Shown here piece after piece: positions 10,287-20,023 of a stretch of 64,000 bases of DNA (the stretch's first letter is position 1; each line of letters starts with the position of its first letter). The stretch lies in IMG/VR virus record IMGVR_UViG_2875555210_000001; one strand, written 5' to 3'. The DNA is from a virus. Taxonomy: Duplodnaviria > Caudoviricetes. Below the pieces are notes generated by a model. That model saw only the letters and a list, made by a program, of their open reading frames with translations. It had not been told where the DNA came from and did not search any database. The position numbers were made by a program, and so were the translations under genes.

Positions 10287-10747
10287 CAGGGCACCACGTC
10301 TCCGTAACCGTCGTCCTCGCTACAGAACGGGAACATGCTGCCCCCGTATCGGATAAAGGCCGTCTTACCGGCCCAAGGCCGTCCTTCCTCGCCGCGAGAA
10401 GTGCTCACCGTCTGTAGACCCCCCGACCGCTTAAAGCGCTTAAGGATCGCCATTTCAGCCGGGTAAAAGAACCCGTCCGGTGGCTGGGAATACTGGACGC
10501 TGAACGGACCCATCTGCCGCGAAATCACGCGGTCAGGGTTCTTAAGCTCCCGGCGGGACGCCTGCAACACAACAGCCCGCACATCATCAGGAACGTCGGC
10601 GGGGGCGTCGGGCCACGCTCGACCCGACACCACCCGCGCCCACGAAGAAACGATGTCTAGAACAAGCTTGGCCTGCTCTAGCTCATCGCCTTCAAACGTC
10701 TGAGACATGAGGGTCTGCAAGTCCTCAATGGACGCTAGACCCGCCAT
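10283..10747 (-). CDS. Head-to-tail adaptor
   Basis: 154 aa after capsid; LASIEDL...NPDRV..QMGPFSVQY typical of actinophage adaptors. Confidence 0.75.
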   Translation of the reverse strand: MAGLASIEDLQTLMSQTFEGDELEQAKLVLDIVSSWARVVSGRAWPDAPADVPDDVRAVVLQASRRELKNPDRVISRQMGPFSVQYSQPPDGFFYPAEMAILKRFKRSGGLQTVSTSRGEEGRPWAGKTAFIRYGGSMFPFCSEDDGYGDVVPW

Positions 10748-10758
10748 AAGAGCCTCGA

Positions 10759-11907
10759 CTAAGGAACGGTGACCGTAGCGGTAGCCGTCTTAGCCGCACC
10801 ACCCTGAGGCGGAACGTAAGAGGCCGTGATCACCGACGTACCAGCCGCAACACCCGTCACCAGGCCAGAAGCCGAAACGGTCGCGTTGCTGGCCGTGGCC
10901 GACTGGAACGTGCAGCGAGCCGTCACGTCCGTGCCGTTGTCGTCACGCACCTTGAGCTTCCGCGTACCCGTCCGAGTCGCAAGCGCGAAGTCGCCACCCA
11001 CAATCGAGATACCCGAAGCGGTTAGCTGTAGCTCCACAGCGCGGACGAACGACCCGTCGACCTCAGTCACAACCTTGCGGCCAGTGAACACGTCAAGCAG
11101 GGTCCGGTCCCCAAGCTGGCTGTAGTCGTAGTCAGCCAGCCAACGCAGAGCCACGTTGTTAGCCGAGAACGAAGCACCAGCCTTAGCGCCCTCAGGCACA
11201 ACCGGAGTCCGGTAAGCCAGGATGAAGGCCGTACGGTGCCACAGATAAGCCTTATCCGGAGCGATAGCCAGCGAACGAACCACGTTCATGCCAGCCAGAC
11301 GACCCACATGGGCCTCACGCAGAGCCGAGTTGGCCTGATCGCCAGACCAATCAGCATGACGGAACTGCTTATCCTTAGCCAGAGCCGCAGCCACAGCAGA
11401 CCCGACCACCAGGACACGGCCATCGGTAGGCACGAATGCCTCACCCATGCGCTGGTCAGCCGTGATGAACGACGGAACCGTATCCGACGGATCAATCAGA
11501 ATCGTCTCCTCATACGGAGCGCCCTCGATCAGCTCAGCAATGTAATCCTCAAGCTCGAAAGCAACAGCCGAGACCTGCGGCACAAGCACCTGCGACGTGT
11601 AGTCGCGGATATCCAACGTGCGCTGCTCGTCCGTGAACTTAAGCGCGGCGTAGATGTGCTTATCCAGCGTCACGCCGAATGAATGCTCAACCAGCTCAGA
11701 AGCGACGACCGTACGGTCCGTATCGCGCAGGTCTCGCCGGTTAGCCGTGGTGATGGCAGGAACGCGCACGGTAATCGTGTCATTCTTAGAACCACCGAAA
11801 TTGGTCAGCGGGTTAGTCCACACCAGGCCAGGTAGAACGATCTCGCGCTGTAGCTGCTTAACGCCAATCTCAGCGACGAGTTCCGGCTTCACGAAAATGT
11901 GTGCCAT
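10759..11907 (-). CDS. Major capsid protein (P22 coat-like) with C-terminal Ig-like domain
   Basis: 382 aa after scaffold; DTITVRVP motif; C-terminal TVSASGLVTGVAAGTSVITA. Confidence 0.9.
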   Translation of the reverse strand: MAHIFVKPELVAEIGVKQLQREIVLPGLVWTNPLTNFGGSKNDTITVRVPAITTANRRDLRDTDRTVVASELVEHSFGVTLDKHIYAALKFTDEQRTLDIRDYTSQVLVPQVSAVAFELEDYIAELIEGAPYEETILIDPSDTVPSFITADQRMGEAFVPTDGRVLVVGSAVAAALAKDKQFRHADWSGDQANSALREAHVGRLAGMNVVRSLAIAPDKAYLWHRTAFILAYRTPVVPEGAKAGASFSANNVALRWLADYDYSQLGDRTLLDVFTGRKVVTEVDGSFVRAVELQLTASGISIVGGDFALATRTGTRKLKVRDDNGTDVTARCTFQSATASNATVSASGLVTGVAAGTSVITASYVPPQGGAAKTATATVTVP

Positions 11908-11949
11908 ATGTTTCTCCTATTAATTTGTTATTAAGTTATTGACTGCTAA

Positions 11950-12549
11950 TTAAGCGCTGCCGCGAGGAATATCCTTAAGAATGTCGTCGGCACTAAGCTC
12001 CAAACCATCGTCCGACTGATCACCAGTCGACGTGAAAGTCATGCGAGCCTTAGGGGACTGAGTAGGCGGCTTCTTCTTATCGCCGTCCTCGTCCTTCTCG
12101 ACCTTCTGTTCGCTCTTTGGCAAGCCCTCTAGAAGATCCTCAATGTCTGCGCGAATATCTTCCTCAGAATCTCCCTGAACCCGCTTAGCGAGCTTCTTAG
12201 GCAGACCCATTTCATCCGCAATATCGCGTACCAACTCATTCCGTTCAGCCTTAGTCAGCTTCTCGGTCAGCTTGGTTAGCTCACCCTCGGCCTTCTCGGC
12301 ACGGCGAGTCAGCTTCTCGATATCCGACCCCTTCTCAGCCTCAAGCTTGTCGAACTGCTCGGCCTTGGTCTTAAAGTCCTCAAAGCCTTCGTACTTCTTC
12401 CGCTCACGCGCCACCCGGCGCGCAACAGCCTTATCGAACTCATCCTGAGAGGTAATCGCCTTAAACGTGCTCTCAGACTTCTCAACGGGATCGCCGCCAG
12501 TAGGATCGGTCTCGACAGGATCATTGTTGTCAGGGTCAATATCAGACAT
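11950..12549 (-). CDS. Capsid scaffolding protein
   Basis: Acidic coiled coil; TSQDEFDKAVARRVARER motif; upstream of capsid. Confidence 0.85.
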   Translation of the reverse strand: MSDIDPDNNDPVETDPTGGDPVEKSESTFKAITSQDEFDKAVARRVARERKKYEGFEDFKTKAEQFDKLEAEKGSDIEKLTRRAEKAEGELTKLTEKLTKAERNELVRDIADEMGLPKKLAKRVQGDSEEDIRADIEDLLEGLPKSEQKVEKDEDGDKKKPPTQSPKARMTFTSTGDQSDDGLELSADDILKDIPRGSA

Positions 12550-12599
12550 AGAAAATTCCTCAAAAAGCCAGTCAATAAAACGCGTGACTGTTCCGCGTC

Positions 12600-13655
12600 C
12601 TAAGCGATGCTTAGTCTCTTAATCGAATCGTCAATGAACTTGACGTTTGGCGAATCCGCCTTAAACCCGCGAGCTAGAAGTCGCTCACGGTTCTTTTGAA
12701 CGTCGGCAATAATCTTCCGGCGCTCGCTTAAATCCAGCACATCTGCGCTGTAAGGTGGGGGCGGCGTATAGTTCCGGCGAAAGTTCGCCTCAGGCGACAA
12801 ATACTTGCCGTCCACGTAATTGCCGTGACCATACTGTTCCCACAAATCAAGGAAATACTTAGCGCGCTCATCCCATTTGTCTTTTTCACTAAAGACCGGT
12901 CGCATCGTGCATTGACAGTTGTCATGCACCTTCGCCGGTCCATCACCGATGAACGCGCGCCTCGTGCCCTTGTCACTATTGGAGGACCACTTAACCTCCC
13001 GAACCTTGCGATTCGAGACAGCGAAAGCGTCCTCTTTGTAGAAAACCGCACCCTGTGACGCCAAGATGGCGCAGAAGTAGCACGGATTGTTGTCGGTCTT
13101 ACGCGCGTACCCGATAGCCTTACCCTGCTTTAAACGCCGGGGGGCCTCTCGCTGCACGAACTGCAAAACCTCGGAGCGACCGCCGTCAGTCGCCTTAGTG
13201 GCACCCGTCCCTTCGGACTTAGCCTTACCGGCTTCCATCGCTTCCGCCTCAGGCTTAGCGCGCGCAACTTGGCGCTTAACCTCAACCGGACCACGAACCC
13301 GCATCGCAGTTTGAATGTCCTGCACGGGAAAATTAACCGCCGCCTTCACAGGTGGCGTAGCGTCTGGCTCACTCGCAAACAAAGCCCGCTGCACATACTC
13401 AAACGCCGCTTCGCTGGATTCATCCCAGCCCATTTTGATTTGTAGCGTGGTGGCGTGCAGCCAAGACGGAGTTGACCCGTCCAGATCGCCAAAGTTAATG
13501 ATCGGCCACAGCAGGGCCAGGCCCGCCGCAGTCGTCGCCGCGATCTGCTCCTGGCGCTCGACATGCTGAGTCGCATACCAAGCGGCCAGGGCAGGAACCG
13601 CGATCAACGGAAGAGTGGCCTTGTCGTCCCTATCGTCCTGGTCGTCCTCGGCCAC
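12600..13655 (-). CDS. Capsid maturation/MuF-like protein (L5 gp15-like)
   Basis: PCYFCAILAS...HDNCQC motif between portal and scaffold. Confidence 0.8.
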   Translation of the reverse strand: MAEDDQDDRDDKATLPLIAVPALAAWYATQHVERQEQIAATTAAGLALLWPIINFGDLDGSTPSWLHATTLQIKMGWDESSEAAFEYVQRALFASEPDATPPVKAAVNFPVQDIQTAMRVRGPVEVKRQVARAKPEAEAMEAGKAKSEGTGATKATDGGRSEVLQFVQREAPRRLKQGKAIGYARKTDNNPCYFCAILASQGAVFYKEDAFAVSNRKVREVKWSSNSDKGTRRAFIGDGPAKVHDNCQCTMRPVFSEKDKWDERAKYFLDLWEQYGHGNYVDGKYLSPEANFRRNYTPPPPYSADVLDLSERRKIIADVQKNRERLLARGFKADSPNVKFIDDSIKRLSIA

Positions 13656-13672
13656 CCATCCCCCTTATTCAG

Positions 13673-15328
13673 TTATGCAGCCCTACTCGACGGGTCGTTA
13701 CCGTTCACCCCGCCGGACTTCTTAGGCGTCCGCTTGGACGTAGAGCTGGTCTTGCGCGCAGCCGGAGCCGCCCCACCGGCAGGCTGAGCCGGAGCCGCCT
13801 TAGCGACCTCCACAGCCTGCTTCCGCTGAGCCTCCGCATTCTGCTTAGCCAAATCCTTCTGAGCCTTAGCCTGCGCATCCTGCAACGCCTTCTGGACATC
13901 GCCCTGCGCCTCAATGACCTGCTTCTGCGTATCAACCTCAATCTCGGCTGCGAACTCGCCGCCAGGACCATTAGCCGTCCACCACAAGAGCATCTGCGTC
14001 ATCTCGTCGTCGTCGTTGAAGTGCTCGCGCATCGTCTCAACGTCCGTCTTAGTAATGCCCGGAATCAGACCCCATAGGAACTCCTTAGGCATACCCAGCA
14101 TCGTCGCGGCCTTGCCATAAGCGTCCACAGCCTGAGCCAGCGACCGCACCGACGTGTCCTGCCACGACACACTGGCCGTGAAGTCACGCGCGCCCGCCGC
14201 ATCACCCTCGACATGCGCCGCAAGCCGAAGCAACTGGTTATGCGCCGACCCAAACGTCACCTGACGCTCATAAAGCTTCTGGATCGTGCCCTTAGTGGCC
14301 GCTGTAAGCGCATCTGCCGAAAGATTGGCAAGCTGCCCATTAAGAATCCACACCGGCACCTGAGCGTTGTTAGCGAGGATTTCAACGTCCTGCGTATGCG
14401 CCGCGATAAAGCCATCAAGGCTCGTCTCCGGCAGCGTGTAGAACTTCGCCTCATGATTGCCGTGCATCAGAATGTCGTCCTGAGCCAGGATCAACTTCGC
14501 GCGCTGCTGCTCCTCCGGCGTAGCGTCCTCAGACAGGTCGTCAATGCCAGTAGCAACCTTGACCTTCCAAGAGTTGTAATGCTGAGCCAACAGACGGTCG
14601 TAATCGGTCTTGTCGATCTTCGACGCCACCGGCACCAGATACTCGACCTCACCCATAGTGAAGCCGTCCAGGTCCATCATGTTCACGTACCGCACAAACG
14701 GGCACACGCCCACGCCGTGACGTACCTTCTTAATCGTCTGCTCGTTAGGGAAGCTCCCCGGCGACGGCATCTTAAGCTCGTAATAGAACTCGTCCGTATA
14801 CAGCCGCACATACTTACCGTTAGCGGCAAGCTCTAGCGCATACCGTGGGTACTCGTCATTGATCTGATCCTCATAAAGGGCCAGCAGACGACGCGGAGAC
14901 ACACCACGAATCTCAGCCTGATTCTTACCGTCCCACGCCTCACCCGGCAGCACGCGCGCATACGCATACCCATAGGTCAGCGCGGCCCGGTGAATCGCAA
15001 TCTGACGAGACTGCATATTGTTCGCGTTCCACGTCTGCCAAGGCCCCTTAGTGTTCTCCTTAGAACCCTCAGCCCGGTAGCCGTCCACAAACAACGCCTG
15101 AGTGAAATGAGTGACCACCAACCCCAACCACGGAGTCTTAGCGAGCTTAAGTAGCGCCCGCTTCTCAGGGTTAGCGTTCTGAATCAAATAATCTGGCTGT
15201 TCGCCGCGCGCCCAGTTAGCAATCTTGTCCAACTTGTCGCGCCGACGCACAAACTCCGGCCACAACGTATTCTCAACGAACTTCCGGACGTCACCGTCCG
15301 AGATTTCCTCGGGAAGTTCAATAGCCAT
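13673..15328 (-). CDS. Portal protein (SPP1 gp6-like)
   Basis: 551 aa after TerL; HGVGVCPFVRY and NLSADAL motifs. Confidence 0.9.
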   Translation of the reverse strand: MAIELPEEISDGDVRKFVENTLWPEFVRRRDKLDKIANWARGEQPDYLIQNANPEKRALLKLAKTPWLGLVVTHFTQALFVDGYRAEGSKENTKGPWQTWNANNMQSRQIAIHRAALTYGYAYARVLPGEAWDGKNQAEIRGVSPRRLLALYEDQINDEYPRYALELAANGKYVRLYTDEFYYELKMPSPGSFPNEQTIKKVRHGVGVCPFVRYVNMMDLDGFTMGEVEYLVPVASKIDKTDYDRLLAQHYNSWKVKVATGIDDLSEDATPEEQQRAKLILAQDDILMHGNHEAKFYTLPETSLDGFIAAHTQDVEILANNAQVPVWILNGQLANLSADALTAATKGTIQKLYERQVTFGSAHNQLLRLAAHVEGDAAGARDFTASVSWQDTSVRSLAQAVDAYGKAATMLGMPKEFLWGLIPGITKTDVETMREHFNDDDEMTQMLLWWTANGPGGEFAAEIEVDTQKQVIEAQGDVQKALQDAQAKAQKDLAKQNAEAQRKQAVEVAKAAPAQPAGGAAPAARKTSSTSKRTPKKSGGVNGNDPSSRAA

Positions 15329-16897
15329 TTACACCATCCTGTACCGCTTCTTCTTAGTCATGGATTCCTCAGCCGATTCCAGGGTCAGAATCCGGTTGGC
15401 GTAAGAACACGCGACAATGCCAGTGATATCGACGTTCGTCCCTTTACGAAGCCAGCCCCAGCCGCCGTGCTCAATCTTTCCGATTGGATACTTAGTAGCC
15501 CCGGCCAAACCAGACACAAGCGTGTCGTCGTCCAAGTGAGTCAGCTTCTCGCTAACCACATCGTCGTAAAACTTCGCAGTAGCCGCCGCAACCTCTTGAG
15601 GCGTCAGCATGTGGACCTTGTAGCCGATCTGTTCAAGCTCGGCGTAATACGCGCCAGCTTGCGCACCAGCCTGCAAAGCGACCGCCCTAGGGGGCGTGCT
15701 TGAGCTGATAAGCCGCTGCATCGTCGGGATAATCCAGTTAGTGCCCTCGTCGGCCACCAGAACCTCAACATGAGACCGGCCATCCGGACGCTTACCCGCC
15801 AGCGCAATAGAACCCCAAGCGCGGTCCGGAGCCACGTCCACACAGGCGACCGTCCACTCGACTTCCACCGAAGGCTGTTCACCGTTAGGCAGATCGTCAA
15901 TCTTGCAGGCTTCCCAACTGTCCATCGGGATCACGGAGTTAACGCGGGGGTCATCCCACATGCCCATGTGCTCGCGGGCGAACTCAACAAAGTCCATTCC
16001 CATGAACTCGGCCTCAAGGTTGCGAAGCGAGCAGAACGGAGCACCCAACGACGCCTGAGCTACAGGCCACAGCGCGCGGTCAGTCGGATCAGCACCCTCA
16101 GGTAGCGACCACTCCGCAAAAAGCAAGTTCGGGTCAGCCTTAGCGATACCAACGTCCCGAAGCTTCGTGAGCATTTCGGAATCCTCGGTACCCGCCGAAC
16201 TGGTAAACCACGTCTGCGGATTGCGGTTAGCACGCTGAGTCGGACCCAACGAGCCCCACTCGGCATGGGACAGGGCGTAAGCCTCGTCGCACACAACCAA
16301 GTCAATGTCACGGAAGCCACGGCCAGAATCGGGAGACCGGGCAATGTAGCGGACGAACCGCTCACCATCCAGATAGCCCTTACCGGCCTTAAGCCGGATA
16401 GACGTTTCCTCGCCACCATTCTTAGGCCGCATACACATGTCGGCCAGGTCTTGGTAGTTCTCAATCCGGTTCCGGAGCGTCTGCCAAGACAGGGTTGCCG
16501 TCTTAGCCTGCTGCGCCGTGTGGAAAATCTTCTCGTTCAGCTCGAATAGGCCGAACAGCTCCCGCGCCTCAAGCAGCTCGGTCTTGCCCTGCTGCCTCAC
16601 AACGATCAGGCCGACGCGCCGCGCCGACCACAGGCCATCAATCGTCTCGCCCAGCGAGTGCCTAAACAGCGCCTCTTGCCAGGGCAATAGGTTGTAGCCG
16701 AAGTTCTCGACAAAATCGACACCATCGTCGGCCATCGACGTAAAGAACGTCGGATAGTTGCTTAGACGAGGCTTCTGATTACCGGAAAGCTCCGGCCACT
16801 TCTCGGAAGGGTCCGCAATATCGGCGAATACTTGCGCCTCAAGCCGCGCCTGGTCGACCTCTTCCTCCGACAACGGCTCTGCGACCGTCATAGGCAT
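15329..16897 (-). CDS. Terminase large subunit
   Basis: LLPWQ Q-motif, Walker A-like RQQGKT, Walker B VVCDEA, TSSAG, C-terminal nuclease VD. Confidence 0.95.
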   Translation of the reverse strand: MPMTVAEPLSEEEVDQARLEAQVFADIADPSEKWPELSGNQKPRLSNYPTFFTSMADDGVDFVENFGYNLLPWQEALFRHSLGETIDGLWSARRVGLIVVRQQGKTELLEARELFGLFELNEKIFHTAQQAKTATLSWQTLRNRIENYQDLADMCMRPKNGGEETSIRLKAGKGYLDGERFVRYIARSPDSGRGFRDIDLVVCDEAYALSHAEWGSLGPTQRANRNPQTWFTSSAGTEDSEMLTKLRDVGIAKADPNLLFAEWSLPEGADPTDRALWPVAQASLGAPFCSLRNLEAEFMGMDFVEFAREHMGMWDDPRVNSVIPMDSWEACKIDDLPNGEQPSVEVEWTVACVDVAPDRAWGSIALAGKRPDGRSHVEVLVADEGTNWIIPTMQRLISSSTPPRAVALQAGAQAGAYYAELEQIGYKVHMLTPQEVAAATAKFYDDVVSEKLTHLDDDTLVSGLAGATKYPIGKIEHGGWGWLRKGTNVDITGIVACSYANRILTLESAEESMTKKKRYRMV

Positions 16898-17100
16898 TAG
16901 TCATCACCAAATCCAATCTCTAGAGAATCAATAACGTCAGCCACAGCCGCACGCTTAAGCATGTATTCGTATTCGACGCGCTCACCGTCGGCCTCACGTG
17001 CCCATTGGCGCTTCTCAGCCGCCCTAGTGCCCGTCCACTCGTCGCAGCAGGGACAAACAACCCCGCGCCCAGACCGAATGGACTGCATCATCCCCGGCAC
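16897..17100 (-). CDS. Hypothetical protein (CPCC motif)
   Basis: 67 aa, translationally coupled between TerS and TerL. Confidence 0.6.
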   Translation of the reverse strand: MPGMMQSIRSGRGVVCPCCDEWTGTRAAEKRQWAREADGERVEYEYMLKRAAVADVIDSLEIGFGDD

Positions 17101-17489
17101 TAGCTCGCCTTCTCAGCGGCCTTCGCGGCACGCTCCGCACGCCTCTTCGCCAGCTCATCCCACTTCGACTCACCGACCTTCGGCTTAGGCAACTCGCCCA
17201 GCCCCATCTTGCCCAGAATGTTCGCCAAAGCCGTGTACTGCTGACGATGCTCAGAGATAAGTGGGTTAATCACTTCATCGCCCCGCTGGTTATACGAAAG
17301 CAGCCGACCGCCAATCTCGGTATCAAGCTGATCCAGCCTGTCCGCAATACGGCAAGCATTGACCAGAAGCACCCGAGTGGCAGCGTCAAGTTCCCTATCA
17401 GCAGTAATGCTGACCCACAGCGTTTCCCCAGCCTCCATAAGGCCCGCCGGAACAGCGCTTTTAGCCGGTGCCCGCTTACGTGGTGGCAT
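17100..17489 (-). CDS. Terminase small subunit
   Basis: AGETLW...ACRIADRLDQL...INPLISEHRQQ P27-like motif. Confidence 0.85.
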   Translation of the reverse strand: MPPRKRAPAKSAVPAGLMEAGETLWVSITADRELDAATRVLLVNACRIADRLDQLDTEIGGRLLSYNQRGDEVINPLISEHRQQYTALANILGKMGLGELPKPKVGESKWDELAKRRAERAAKAAEKAS

Positions 17490-17497
17490 AAATCCCC

Positions 17498-17875
17498 CTA
17501 CCCGTACTTCTTAAAGAGTTCCTTCATCGCTTTACGCTTATTCTTGCTGGCAGTGCCGAAATAATCGCTCGTGTGCATACCGTTCTTGCGGACAGCCGCA
17601 TCAGCAATCCGGCCCTTAGTGCGCGGCCTATCCGTGTACTGCACGCCGATAGACACATCACCCTTCGTGAACGTCCCGTACATGTGCCGAGTAGCGCCCG
17701 AAGGGCTGCTAGTCATCAGCTTTTCCGAGTATTCCCAGCCCTCTTTAGCGCCCAACTGCTGCGCATACTCCATCGCGTTGCGCGGTTTCGCCTGGTAGAC
17801 GTCCCTAGAGGCTTTCCTAGACGAACGATCACGCCCGCCGTAGTTCCGAGCGTGCGGAGCGCCACGACCGCCCAT
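17498..17875 (-). CDS. Basic hypothetical protein with MGGRG N-terminus (first gene after cos)
   Basis: 125 aa; RBS AGGAGG upstream. Confidence 0.75.
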   Translation of the reverse strand: MGGRGAPHARNYGGRDRSSRKASRDVYQAKPRNAMEYAQQLGAKEGWEYSEKLMTSSPSGATRHMYGTFTKGDVSIGVQYTDRPRTKGRIADAAVRKNGMHTSDYFGTASKNKRKAMKELFKKYG

Positions 17876-17965
17876 AGTGACCTCCTAAGTGGGTGCGACC
17901 TGCTGTTTTGTCGCACTTTCCAGGGCTTTTAACGGTTCTTAATCGCCAGAGAGAGAAGAAACGCT

Positions 17966-17975
17966 GGCTGATCGA
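17966..17975 (-). other. Putative cos site (10-nt 3' overhang TCGATCAGCC)
   Basis: Non-coding gap just upstream of gene 1/TerS; matches the end sequence I recall for Cluster L mycobacteriophages (recalled, unverified). Confidence 0.65.
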
Positions 17976-18203
17976 GGAGGGGACCGCGACTCGAAAATCG
18001 ACACCCCCCAGGGGGGTCAAGTCTCTGACCTGCGGTTTCTCTGTTAGCTGGCAGAGGCCGGCTCAGGCTAAGGTCACCCTTAGTCACACGCTTTGGCCTT
18101 AGCTCGTACCCTCTGACCTGCGCATATGTCGCTATGATCGAAACAATGGCTTAGGCTGGGCCAGCAAACATGTGCTGATCGTTTGCTACGTCGAGGGTCG
18201 GGC

Positions 18204-18233
18204 ATGGTACACCCTGTGTACGGTCCATGTCAA
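18204..18233 (-). promoter_or_regulatory. SigA-like promoter TTGACA-N18-TACCAT with GTAC-N7-GTAC motif, facing cos and the virion genes
   Basis: Reverse complement of atggtacaccctgtgtacggtccatgtcaa. Confidence 0.65.
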
Positions 18234-18239
18234 CACTAT

Positions 18240-18655
18240 TGGTGTGTCGTGTTTGTGCATGTCGCCCTGTGGCTAACGTGTCCTTAGGCGTGGCCTTAGT
18301 CATGCGTTAGCGCTGTGCCCTGTGGGCTGTGTAGCGCTGTGCGTAGTGCTGCCCTGTGCGATGGCTTAGGTATGTGCCTTGGGTGTGGCTGTGTGCCCTG
18401 TGGGCTAGCGCTTAGGGCGTGCCCTGTGTGTTGGGCGCTCTGGCCGCTGTGTGTGTGGCCGTGCCCTGTGTGTGGGAATGGCGCTGTGTGGCGCTGTGCG
18501 CTGTGCTGTGCCGTGTGCCCTAGCGGCTTGTGTGTCCGCACTGTGTTAGTGGCTGTGTGTGGCTGTGAGGCTGTGTTGTGCGTGCCCTGGCCGCGTGGCT
18601 GTGTGGGCTGTGCGCTGTGTGGTGCGGCTGGCGCTGTGCGTATGGCCGCTGTGTT
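18240..18655 (+). repeat. Strand-biased low-complexity CTGTG/GCCCTGTG repeat tract near genome end
   Basis: Dozens of ctgtg units; nearly devoid of A on the + strand. Confidence 0.8.
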
Positions 18656-18768
18656 CTGAAAAGCTGCTCGGTTCTAACCCTCACCTACGCGCATGTTGCG
18701 CCTTACGTACACGGCGCGTACTGTGTCGCTTGTCAGTCACCACAACCACCTACCGAAGGGTCACCACA

Positions 18769-19140
18769 ATGAGCACCTACATTGATCAGCTTCTGGACAC
18801 TGTTACCGATATCGAAGCTGAGCGCGCTAGCCAGTACGCAGAGCACGACGTAGACGACACCAGCGCCGACGACATTGCAGACATGCACGATTGGGCAGCT
18901 AAGGCAGAAGCTGAGCGCGCGTTTGCAAGGCTTATGCAGCGTGCCCACGGCTTGATTGACCGCGCTTACATGTCCAGCAAGGTTGGCTATGCGCAGAGCG
19001 CCATTGCTACGGCTCAGCGTGCCCTCACGGTCACTACCGACGCTTACGCAGTGGGTGAGGCTAACCACTTGATCGGCGAAGCAACACGGTTGATTGACCG
19101 TCTCAACAACAACTATGCAGCGGCTAAGGGCCGGTACTAA
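18769..19140 (+). CDS. Hypothetical protein
   Basis: MSTYIDQLLD...; GAAGGG RBS and promoter TTGCGC-N17-TACTGT upstream. Confidence 0.75.
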   Translation: MSTYIDQLLDTVTDIEAERASQYAEHDVDDTSADDIADMHDWAAKAEAERAFARLMQRAHGLIDRAYMSSKVGYAQSAIATAQRALTVTTDAYAVGEANHLIGEATRLIDRLNNNYAAAKGRY

Positions 19141-19223
19141 GCCAGCGTTGCCCGGCCCGGTATGGCTCACAGCCTGCCTGGCCGGTCCCTTACCAGCACT
19201 TACCTACAAAAGGAGACACAACA

Positions 19224-19382
19224 ATGGACCCGAACGCGACATTGCGGGAATTGCGCGAAATGATTGGCGACAGTGACCCGCATAGCGCAGCACGTTCGCG
19301 CCGATACGCGGAATTGATCGAATCGCTAGACGATTGGCTCTCAAGTGGTGGCTTTCTGCCGAGCGACTGGAATAGGGGATAG
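19224..19382 (+). CDS. Small actinophage-type hypothetical protein (MDPNATL...LDDWLSSGGFLPSDW)
   Basis: AAGGAG RBS; 52 aa, below ORF-track cutoff. Confidence 0.7.
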   Translation: MDPNATLRELREMIGDSDPHSAARSRRYAELIESLDDWLSSGGFLPSDWNRG

Positions 19383-19388
19383 CGCACC

Positions 19389-19628
19389 ATGAACACGCAA
19401 ACGATCAACGTCACCACAGAACGCAGCATGACGCGGGCCGGAGTAATGCGCCTGGCCGCGCTGGTCACGTTTGGCGCTGGCCTGGCCGCGCTGGCGCTGT
19501 ACTGGCCGCACGCGGACACGCTGAGCGCTCCCGTACTGCGCTGCACAGTGACCAATGTGGACGGTCACGTGTACCTAGACGATTGCGACACGTACAGCGA
19601 CAACGTGACGGGGGAACGCCATGCGTAG
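19389..19628 (+). CDS. Hypothetical membrane-anchored protein
   Basis: 79 aa with one hydrophobic helix. Confidence 0.55.
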   Translation: MNTQTINVTTERSMTRAGVMRLAALVTFGAGLAALALYWPHADTLSAPVLRCTVTNVDGHVYLDDCDTYSDNVTGERHA

Positions 19629-20023
19629 TTTCATCCCGGTTTGGCACGGTTGCATGACACATAACGCCAACCATTGCGCAGACTGCCGCACGTGCGACTG
19701 TCTCAGGGACAAACCGCGCTAGCCGCGCTCCCCTGGCTTAGGACCCGTTACCCGGTTGGGTAGCGGGTTCTTTACGTTGTGGCCTGGCCGCTGAGCGCCA
19801 GGCGTAGCCGGACACGAACCAAGCAGCTCCGTCGTGGCTGCCCTGGCCGCTGGCCTAGTGCCACCTAAGGCCACGTAGTGACACACAGGGACACACAGCC
19901 TGATCAGGCACTTTATGCGCGTTGTACTTAATCGTTTGCAAACATCGTATGTGCTGTGTAACTTGTCTCTTGTCACCACAACCTAGCCGGACCAACCAAC
20001 CGGCCCGCGAAAGGACTACCGAT

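Noticed and set aside
18296-18659. Cys-rich (+) and His-rich (-) ORFs
   Set aside because: By-products of the CTGTG repeat tract; no RBS.
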